A stretch of DNA of 64,000 bases, taken from NCBI GenBank assembly GCA_964035545.1, contig OZ037773.1, forward strand, positions 3,501,751 through 3,565,750, in the 5' to 3' direction. Position numbers and translations under genes: made by a program. The DNA comes from Bugula neritina (taxonomy: Eukaryota; Animalia; Bryozoa). Under the pieces are notes generated by a model. The model was not told the DNA's origin. It ran no database searches and saw only the letters and a list, made by a program, of their open reading frames with translations. Of this stretch, positions 24,001-36,000 are shown piece by piece. How positions within the stretch are numbered: position 1 is the stretch's first letter; each line of letters begins with the position of its first letter.

Positions 24001-27000
24001 TTTGACTGTGTTCTATACAACAGTTTATTCGTGTACCACCAAGTAGTACAACTAGTGTAGAGCACTTATGAATAGTATGCTGTATCAAATAGATTTAGAG
24101 TAAAATATTTCAGCAACTATTCCACTAATTTCATTTATGACAAATATTTAATACTGGCATCTCATTTATGAATTTGTAGAAGAAATGAGACATCGAACTC
24201 TAGTAGCAGCAGGTCTCTATTAGAATCGGAAAAGAGCCACAAGTCAGCATTTAGGCTGCCGTTGGTGGGCCAGATAGTAGCTTCACCACCTCATGAATGG
24301 CGCTGGACACCAGGAGCTGAGTGATGGTGAACGCTCAGAGCTAACGCCGTTAGTACTACCACACTCTAGTATTAAGAGAGCTCCATTTATAGAAGAACAT
24401 TCTAGACGTAAAAGAGCCCCATCTATAGAAGAACATTCTAGAAGTAGCAGAGTCCCATCTATAGAAGAACATTCTAAAAGTAGCAGAGTCCCATCTATAG
24501 AAGACTCTAGTAGTAAAAGAGCCCCATCTAAACCACACTCTAGAAGCAAAAGAGTCCCATCTATAGAAGAACATTCTAGTATTAAAAGAGCTCCATCTAT
24601 AGAAAAACACTCTAGAAGTAAAAGAGTCGCATCTATAGAAGAACATTCTAGAAGTAAAAGAGTCCCATCTATAGAAGAACATTCTAAAAGTAGCAGAGTC
24701 CCTTCTATAGAAGAACATTCTAAAAGTAGCAGAGTCCCTTCTATAGAAGAACATTCTAGAAGTAAAAGAGTCGCATCTATAGAAGAACATTCTAGAAGTA
24801 AAAGAGTCGCATCTATAGAAGAACATTCTAGAAGTAAAAGAGTCGCATCTATAGAAGAACATTCTAGAAGTAAAAGAATCCCATCTATACCACTCTCTAC
24901 TAGTGATAAAGCTCCATCTATACCACTCTCTACTAGTGATAAAGCTCCATCTATACCACTCTCTACTAGTGATAAAGCTCCATCTATAGAACATTCTAGT
25001 AGTAATAGAACACCATCTATACCACACTCTGAAAACCAGCAACACTTTAGCAACACTAGAACTCCACTTGCCATCCATCTACCTCCAATTGAGAACAACG
25101 CAAGCACTCCCAATCCCGAAAAGAGAGACTGTAACAATCTGCACACACCGTATCCCGGCACAGCGTGTTGTAATGAAGCATTTCTTACCACCCCAACTGG
25201 TACAGGGCAATCATTTCTTGGTCCAAAAGATGGAGTAGAGAATACTCTGACGGTATTACAACCTGATCAAGGCTCAGCACACAGATCTGATCAGAACAGG
25301 TTAGTTCTACCATGTACTGAGCCAATCAAGTGAGTTCTACCATGTACTGAGCCAATCAAGTGAGTTCTACCATCTATTGAGCCAATCAAATGGGTGAGGC
25401 TAACTTGAGAACTCAATAGGTCAGACTTGACCATCTATACTACGCTGCTAATATGACATTTATATCAGTGAAATAGTATAAAAGTGTTGATGAAAATAGC
25501 TCGCCATCCACGGGAGGCTTTTGCTAATGTCATGTGTTTTTATATCACACGATTATTTTTATATCTTATACTCTGCGTTCAGTTATGAGAGTAGCGGCCA
25601 GCAACTAAAAGATGGAATGAGGGAGCAGATTAAGTGCATTGGAAAGGTGCCGATTGGAGAGAAGTGCTTTGCCCTGCTCATGTTCTTCTTAGTCTTTGGG
25701 ACGCTGTGTACTGCCCTGGGGACAACTTGCCTTATACCGGAAGTAAGTGCAGTCAGCTCTTGTCCACATCGCTGCTAATATTTTTGGAAGAAGACTCACG
25801 CAAGTTTATGGTCATTATCCCTGTGAGAAACCCTTGAGGGAAGGGTTTTTGTTAAATTGGGCTAAGGACTTATTCAGATGAAGCACAGGAGTAATTATGA
25901 CTGGATGCTCTTCCTAACATCACCAATGGCCTTTGTCAGGGTTCGAACCCATCACTTCGTGCCCATGAAGCAAACGCTCTAACCCCTAGACCACGAGTGC
26001 TCCCTTTTTTAAAAGCATTTAAAAAAATAATTTCTATTACCTGATGATGACTAACAGCATATATCATGAAACATGCTGATGTTTCATGATATATGTGACC
26101 AGTCGCGACAAAACCGGGGATGTGGCGGCGTTTATTAAGTGTAGTAAATGAAGGTTTAATTTGGAAATACTTAAATTTGAAATTAATTTCCAATTTTTAG
26201 ATTTTAGACTTTTCTAGTGCAAAAGAATCTAAGGATTTCAAAAATCATACTTTCGTAAGCATTTGATGATTCCTTCAGCTCTAAAATTGCATTTAAAGTT
26301 GGTAACTAAGGCTTTCAATTTTTTAAATGATGAAAAAATTGCGAAGTTATCGATTAAAGAAAGAAGACAATTTTAGTCACTTTCATAGCATGAGATCTTG
26401 CAAATTTATTTTTTATCAAATGAATTTAGCTTACACCTCTTTCTTCGTACTGTCAGAAGCATCATATTTAAAATCGAAGGCTAGTTTTAGTTTTTCATCG
26501 TGTTCCATCCAAAGTTAGCTTTTAAGTTACTGAGCTGTTTTGCCCTTTGGTGATAAATGCTGAACTTAATCTTTATCTTTAGCGTTCAAGCTTGAAAACC
26601 ACAACAATACAGGTAATTATACTCAAAACAATCATTTACGCTACTAACTTAGAATTGTTGCCAGGATTATTTGTAGTTATCAATTTAATAATATTTATAC
26701 TATCACTAGGAGTAGGAGTCTGTCTTAGTCTATTCTATTCTATACTACTACTAGTAACTATTTAAATGACTTTCACTATGACTCACAGTTTGAGGTACGG
26801 TTACTCATAATGATAATTATAATGACTATTATTCATGATTTACTGATACTGGTATTTGGTAGTAAAACCAAATGTAACTCAATAATAATACTAATAGTAA
26901 TAGTATAACTATAACTATAAGTATAAGTAATTAATAATTATAAATTCACTATTACTATTAGTATTACTATTACTTAGTACTTAATAGTATTACTGTATTA

Positions 27001-30000
27001 TTATTTGGGTCTGACTCTGAGTTTTGCCTTTGCTATTAAAACTTGATACTCATACTGATAGTATTACATTTATTGATTTATTCTATAGTTGATATTTCAA
27101 TTTACATTAGACTTACTCTTACTCTTAGTAACTTTTAGCCTCTGTCTTAGATTTTGTCAATACAGTTACTGATTACTATTACTATTAGTATTAACATTAG
27201 GCCTACTAGTACTAGTCAAACTACCTGTTCCTTTTGTGATTTTTAAATTAGCTCAAAGTTTGATTTAAAATATAATGATAAAATCTTTATCACATTATCA
27301 TTATGCAGGCTTACAGTTAGTGTTACTATCAAAACTCAATTGATAATCATATTTATATTCATAAAAGCATCACCTATAACCAAATTGAAATGATAAATGT
27401 GACTAAATGTAAATGATTATAATGATGAAATATTAATGCGAGTTCATGATGATTCTATAGTTGACTGACTTAGTTTTTCAGTAAGTTACTTTTAGTCTTA
27501 TTTAGTGAGTAGTAACACTAACTGAATGCATAAATAGTTTAAACTTTTTAATTTTATTATAAGATGAGCAAAAATTTATTCATATTTTAAAGTAATTCAT
27601 TGAATTCAAATTGATTTTATAGTAAATGTCTCTAATAGATTCAGTTGCACTTAGCTAGCTTTTTTACTCAATTAAATGCCTGAGTGGTTAATAGTTATCT
27701 AAAGACATTGCTTCAAAATTGCCAATTGCAGATATGCTAGATATTCAAGTGCATAATGTGTAATTTTACTGATAATACTATGTTAATATAGAATAATCCG
27801 ATATTCTGTACATTTTAGAAAGTGCACTTGTGAGGGCATTAGAGTGAAGACTCATACCTACACAACTCTACTACCTATCAATCTAATACTTCTAATGTAG
27901 ACACTCCGAATTTTGGCTTGCAAGGTTATGGCTTCTGCTTATTTCATTCATAAAAAGGTTTGCAGTCTTTTAATGATGTGCTTGAAAATTATCAAGCATT
28001 TTTTTAATTTAAATTGTTCTGTTTAATTCAATAAATTTAAACGTTGATGAAATGCAGGATCACAATTAACTACTGCCATAATAGTACTACAAGAGTGTTC
28101 AGCCAACTAAATTTTTATAATATAACTGGGTATAATTTCTAATCAAGCTACCGTTTCCTTTTGTTATTTAAAGAAAGTCAACATTGTACTTTCAGCTCTG
28201 GAATAGACAATAAGTGGGTAGATTGGCAGGATGGATGTCAAGTAGCAGCATCTATAATTGCTAGAAAATCAACTGATGATAGTGATGAAGCTTTTGCCAC
28301 ATACATGATGTTATGTGTCCATACTCCATAAACTCATATTATTAAGACTAAAGAAGTAGAAAGATGAAAAGTGCCTTTTTGCAAAAACCGTAGAAGCTAC
28401 CTAATTTTCTTTTCTTGATAAGAGTTAATTCAAGCATAATGGTTGTATCCAGGCTGGATTTTTTACTGCATTTAATTGGTTTTTTAAAATAATGTATTTG
28501 ATGTTTTAAATGTGAATATTAATGCCTAATAAAACTCAAAAGTTCAAATAGCTGATTTTATGTTTATAATATTTTCAACATCTCAGCCAAATCAATTGCT
28601 AAATTTAGTTGCTGTTAGAGATTATAAAGATATTTATGAATGAACCTCGCATGATCTCATAATAGTCAAATAATTTTCTCATAAGTGTTCTACTCATAAA
28701 GCAATAATTATGAAACAGCACAGCTCAATAGCTGCAGTTTGATATATTACAGAATATATTAGAGGAAAGGGAGGTATTCAATGTATAAGAGGAAGCAGCT
28801 GCCATTTCGTTTTATATGATTTCCTGCTGACTTGGATGCCTAATTTAAATATCTCAACACACAAACTTGCTGAAACATCTTCTTCTTTGCTGAAATTGTT
28901 AAACCTTTTAACCATTAAACAAAGTAAAAAGCAAATTGACAAATAAATTAGACAAAAAGTTTGGCGGCCATATTTGACCTAATTTTATGTTGAGGCAGCA
29001 TGAAATTTAGTTTAACAGAAAGCCCAAACTTTCACAATTATTTTGATACCAAATTTGTCACCATTCCTGTTATACAAAGACCCGTTGCTAAGGCTTGTAA
29101 ATTGTAAACAAATAATTCTCAACTTATTCTAGAGTTGCCAACTTTAAACGCGATTTTTTCGAAACAGTAATTTAGAAATTTTAAAAACGTTAAGGTTTTT
29201 AAATACTGATATCTCGAGTTCTACTCATGCTAGAGACTTCAAATAAAGTGCAAAATGTTCAAAAAAGTCTGCTCTATCACTCCATAGTAATAACTAGGTA
29301 TCCAACATTTTATATGCATCCCTTGTTTTGTGGTGCCAGGTCACATATGATGAAGTAGATCATTAAATAGCAGAAATAGTCTTACATTTACAAAAAATTA
29401 TACTCATTAAGTGCTAAATTTATCAACATGCAGATTCTAAAAATAGCCTTTTTTCTCCCTTGAGAGGTATTCCTCAACACCAGAGTGCTATTTACACATA
29501 CACTATTTGCTAAATCCTTCCACTGTGCTGACATTTGTGAACTGATTAAACAGGTAGGCTACGCCACGGACTCAAGCTTTTGCCAAACTGTGGGAGGCCT
29601 GATCACTGCCCTAACACTGGTGTGTGGAGGAGGGGTCCTCATACTACTTGCAGTAGCCTCCTGCATCGTAATAAGTGAGTGCAGTGGACGGGAACTGCAC
29701 GGAGGCAAGTGCTACATCAACTGCCATATCTTCGAAGATCTTGTCTAGTAAAACCGTTGTGAACTGGCAAAGACAATCCTAGCACCACAAATTTTGAACC
29801 TCATGTCAGCAAACAACAGCAATCTTACTCAGACATATTGCCTATGCATATATAACTCGCGTACGATAGCTCTCACAGCAGTATCTGCGTACTCAATAAG
29901 AGAAAATATATTGGCAGTCTGCTTGAAATCAATATGGAGTCAATAGAGACCCTGTTGTAAACTGTTTAGCAATACTATAAGAAGTTGTAGATACATACTA

Positions 30001-33000
30001 TGTACTCTTACTTAGTTCAGCTAATCATGGCCTATACTACACTATGTCTGATATATTGCAATGTATGGTAGATGCAGCGGTTGTATTATTTATACTTGAA
30101 GTGTCATTTAATCTGATTTTGTGTCTTGCTGTGATTATCTATGCTATGTTGAAGGAACATGTCTTTGGCTTGTGATTAATATACTGATGACCTTTTACAT
30201 ACATTGGCAGCATTTTTGAAGGACCATAACCCCTCATTCCCACTTACTGTACGTAGGCCGTAACAGCAAACATCAGCCACTTTTACAAATGTCTGAGCTT
30301 CCTGTACGGCGTTGCGGTACGTTAGGATCAAGCACTGCTTGATTAAAAAATGTTGCTGCGGACTTCTATTAGACAGAAAAAGTTTTGCATCAACTCATTG
30401 GATAAAAATGTCCACTGAGATAACATAGATCGTACATAATAGCGGACTTCGAAAACTTTAGACAGGACACATTAAAAATGGCTGATATTTTACGTTATGG
30501 CCTACAGTACGGTAAGTGTGAATGAAGGGTAAATATGTTACTAAATTTATATATCATGAGGCAGCAGTGCTTGCTTGATCTCTAGACCATGGCTGCTATT
30601 TGGAAAGACAGGTTACACCAAATTAGATGGGGGGGGGGGCATATTTTGTGTAATAAGATGATTGATTTGAACAACAGACAAAGTGAACTCACCTTACGAG
30701 GGGCAGGGCACTTCTCTGCCTTACACAACTCCTCCTCTAGGTACGTCCGAACACCTATCTTGCAGTCCATTACGGAAGGAGAGTTGAACCCGTGTAATAA
30801 ATTCTCTAATTCTCCGTATTCTGCATATCTAGTTAAGGATGAAATAACCAACACGCCAGTTGTCACAACATACTACCATTACTACTGGAAGATAGAAGGA
30901 GGGTGATAGTGTGTATATATAATATAAATTTGCTCACACGTATAAAAATTAGTTATAATTGCTAATATTATCAACAATTATAAATAATTTTTATACGTGT
31001 GAGCAAAATTAATGCTTTACGCTTTGTGTTTAGTTGTAAAACATAAAAACTTGCAGAATGCAATGCTCTACACTCTACAGACTAGTAATAGTTCAACAGA
31101 TGTTAACAAAGCACTTATTTTGGAGTTATTTTCTCTAGAATAGGATTTGACAGGAGAAGGCAAATTTTAAAACTAGAGAACCAGATGCATATTTTGTAAA
31201 TGGGATTCATCAAGTTGGTTAAAGGAAGTCAAGTTTATTGATTGAATATATATTTTCTTGTTATTAATTCTAGACCAATTATTAAACTTTGTTAAAGCTT
31301 TTGATGGTTTTTGTAGAAAATAGTAAATTATTCCATAGATTATGATACAGAGAGGGGGGGGGTCCAGCCCACAGGGAAAGTAGGGGGAGGGTGTCCAGCC
31401 CACAGGGAGAGTGGGGGGTTTAGCCCACAGGGAGAGTGGGGGTGCAGTCAACAGGGAGAGTGGGGGTACAGCATTCACTAAGCTGAGAATATTTTGGCCG
31501 AGATGAAAGAACATGCAATGTGTGGTCACACCCTATAGAAGTAACATTATCAGCACATGTACATGGTCAATGTGATAAGTATGTCTGAGTAGAGAGAGCA
31601 CTGACCCAAACGCTGCCTACAAACGCTGCCTACAAACGCTGCTCTGAATACTGATGTTTGGCCCCTACTTCATCTGGAACACGTGAATGAGTGAACATGA
31701 GAAATGCATGCACAAGTCAAGGAATTTATGGAATGGAGCCAAAATGATTATCTTTAGACATTGGAAAATAGCCTGGTATACTGATAGTGACGTGAGTGAC
31801 CATTACGCAGGCTTGCATAGACTAAAAGCATTCTCCAACCAAACATAGAACACACTAAATATAACTTAAGCTTGAGTGAAGCAGAGATCAAAGGAAACCC
31901 ATTTATATACAACAATTTAGTCAACTGTGAAAGCACATGGAATTGCGACAAACTTTAGAAACAAATAATGAGGGAATGTTGACACTGACACTTGGCAGAA
32001 GTAATTTATGTATTAAGTTAGCGATTTAGTCACGTCATGTGACGCAACTCCTATATTTTACACACCTGTTTGAAACTAATTTACTAAACTTCTTTACATT
32101 TTTTAAATTCAAATTCAGTAATGAATTTTATTGCTTGTAACCCTGTTAAAGTTAATCTCATTGTATTCAAATCAGACAGGAGAAGACAACCAAAGCAGTA
32201 ACAACATCTCTTGGTAAAGCTAGCAATAACACTATTGACAAATGTTCCTACAGGACTGAGTCACTAAGGATTAGCAATGCCGCATCTGCTAAGCCTATAA
32301 AATTACTTGCAGACAGAGAAGTACATATTTTGAAGAGTAACTATGACTCTGCATTAAAATTAGACGTATTAATTTTTTTAAACCTACTCCACCCAGCTGA
32401 AATAATTTAACATACTCGGTAAATTCACAAAATAGACCAATATCTGAGCGATAAGAAAAGGATACGATTGCCGCCCTTTGTGGTCATGCCATGGTACTTG
32501 GGCACAAAGGCTCTGAGGGGGTCATTGAACAGCTTGGTGAAGGCAGCGTGCTCCAGCTGACAGAACCTCTTCAGCACCAGAGACTCTTCTGCGCACTGCT
32601 CAAAGCTGCCTGAAACATTGTACAGGATAGATAACTCCCACACTCAACGTAGGCGCAAGTCACCACTTGCGACACAAAGATACTTTGAATATATGACTTG
32701 AAGCTGTGAACTTTTCTGGAGAGAAACAAAGTTACCATAAATTGGAAGTTTTGCTGAGGATTCATGAGGGCTGGACATGTTAATCTAAATCCAAATAAAG
32801 GAAAGTAAGAAAATGAGAAGTATTCATATTTCATTTGAATCTAAAGGGGAGGGGGGGGGGTGGGAGGTCTTTGAACAAGTCTAACGGACCCAAAGCCAAA
32901 CTTTACTTAGGTATTGTTGATTTCAGCATAACAAATGTCACCAAGAAAAACAAAATTTAATGCCACCTGTAATGTGTGATATATACATAGTATATAATAT

Positions 33001-36000
33001 ACATAGTATACAATATATGTAGTATGTAATATACATACCATATAATATACATGCTATATAATATACATACTATGTAGTATACATACTATATGATATACAT
33101 TCTATATAATATACACACTATGTAATATACATACCATATAATATACATGCTATATAATATACATACTATGTAGTATACATACTATATGATATACATGCTA
33201 TATAATATACACACTATGTAATATACATTTCATTTCACAAACCTTGATGACCTGCAAGCTGCACCCACTTTTGCTTCTTGTAACTCTCCAAAAAAGGCAT
33301 AATGCCCTTCAGTGCCTGCCATCTCTTCTACAATGAATATAAAAGAATAAATAAAAGCAGTACATCGTCATAATACATATAATCATATTATAGAGCATTG
33401 CACAGTAAATAAGAGATATTGAGTATAATATATTATACTAATAATAATGTACTGAGTAATATGACATATTATATTGAGTAGTATAGTATATTATGCTAGG
33501 AATAATATATGGAGTAATATTAAAGTGATATATTATACTTGAAATTACACATATGAATATAACATGTATATATTGTAAAGAAAGTTTACCCACTAAGGAA
33601 AGTGTACAAGAGCTCAAAGTATAATAAATTTTAAAATGCATAGATTGGATCTGTTATAACAGAAGGAGGTTCATGCCCTGAAGGCCAACTTATGAAACCA
33701 ACTCATGTATAAAATCAGACAATAATTCATCAATATAATCCCAAAACTTCCCTCTTTTCACCAGGAAATTGCTAAACAGCTCATCAAGTTGAAATAACTC
33801 AATAAATATTTTTAGAATGAGTAAGCTGCTGGAAAGGACAGCTGAGTAAGACATTTAGCCACATCCTAGCTGCCCCCATATAGCATCAGAGTGGGTTACC
33901 CAATGTTAGTATATGCTCATAGCCTGTGCCATCAGGCAAGCTTTAGGACCTCAGCCTACACATAAATAAGGAATTGTTCTATAGTCAAACTTCCTTCTAT
34001 GTGTCTGTTCTGAGAACCAAACACTGCCTGCTGGAAGCTTCATATCTTCCCAGAAACAACAGACATTACACCAACTAAAACTTTAGCCAATGAAAATGCA
34101 GAGGGAAGAAAACTACCAGATTTATTGCAGCTTTGGCAATGATTTGTATATGAATGCCAGTAGTATTAAAACATGGGGAACAAGAAGTTACAAAGTTACA
34201 TAATATTGCAAAATACTGACTACCACATCAGTGTAAGCACAGTGTACTGCAGTTATAACAGTTGGGGCACTCAGGCTAGAACCCCTCTTGAAGCTTATAG
34301 ACCACAAATGGCATTTTGCAAAATAAAGTTATTAGAGTTTAAATAAATTTCCAAAGGGCGGTTAAAGACAAGTTATTATATAAATTATTTGTTATTATTA
34401 TATATTTGTGTTAATTTTTATAGAATAGATAATAGCAAATTGCAAACTTATTTTGAATTATTTACCTAATTTTATAGAAATATAATTATATTACTTGTAG
34501 TTGTTTAGTAGAGACATGTTTTAAAACATTGATATGAACAAACACTTTGAGTTTGGTGTGTTAGAACACTGTCCCAGATGTACAAAGAATAATGAGAGCA
34601 AAGTTCAGTTACCACACTGCTTAAGCACCTAACAATTCTGTCAACTTGTCAGCCTAGGAATCTGAGAAACAGCTTAAGATATACTAAACCAATAATATAA
34701 TCTTTAAATCTAAGATCCCAGGCTAGCTGGTAAATATTATAGATGGCATTATAATAAATCATTTATTTAGCAATAAATAAATGATAGCCAGGTCTGCACT
34801 AGAATGATTGGCAAGGAGTGATACTTCTATAGCAGTTACAAAGACTTAGCAGAGTAAGTTGACTGCATTCCTTATGACTATATAGGGAGAAGTTAATATG
34901 ATAGTACATTACTGTAGCCACCACTGGGGTGAATATACCCCTGTGACATGAAAGAGATGGTGTTGGGGGTACTAGATATGATGGTGTGTACACCACTGTG
35001 ACATGAAAGAGATGGTGTTGGGGGTACTAGATATGATGGTGTGTACACCACTGTGACACATATACCTGATGGTGAATGACCCCAACAGTGACAGACTGGT
35101 TTAAGTGCTACACTAGTTAGAAAACAGTACCCATGTCAGTGACTTAGTGCAACAATACCTCAACACTTTATGCTATTGTAACCCACCTGTGCATAGAATA
35201 AAACTATTCAAGCTGTATGCAACCAAAAACTTCTAGAATAACATAATATATTACACAAAAATATCTGTAAAAATACTGCATTGCAACAATAATTTTACAG
35301 ACGCAGTATTTTTGGTAGTATCTATACTTCTATTACTATTACTACCATCACTAATACTACTAGTTACAACTAATACAACTACCGCTGCTACTACTTACTG
35401 CTACTACTAATGCTATACTACTACTACCACTACCACTACTACTACCACTACTACTACTACTGCTACTGCTACTACTACTAATACTACTACTACGACTACT
35501 ACTGCTACTAATACTACTACTACTACTACTAATACTACTATTTCATTACCAAGATACAATTTGAAAACAGAAGAATGCTGTTCTAAAAGAGAATTGGCAA
35601 CGGTCTCTGTTAACTGTTTTTCAGTTACACTTACAACACAAACATTTCTCTGAAAGATGACTTGCAACAATCACACAACCATGTGACTTTCACATTCTCC
35701 CTGTTTTACCCAATATACAGCCAGCTAACCATTCTCTTGGTCAGCACCAGTCATTGTTGCTGGGAGGGGGGGGGCAGAAAGAGACACACTCCGTGAGATT
35801 TCAAGGAGCAAGTCCCATGGTTACTAATGACTAAGCTGTTGACCATTAGGTTATGATGTTGGTAATTCCAACTAACACTGGCAAAGTGGAGTAGCAGGGA
35901 GAGAGCAATTTATAAAACATACCGAGGTTATTAGCAGTAGAATGGGCAATAAATAATTTTACAGCAGAGGGAAAGTAATTAAAGCATCAGCATAATCTGA

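Noticed and set aside
24283-25191. 302-aa and 240-aa minus-strand ORFs over the coding minisatellite
   Set aside because: They stay open only because the repeat unit lacks stops in those frames. No splice links were found, and inclusion would interrupt the IP3K kinase domain; the plus frame has phase-matched splice partners.
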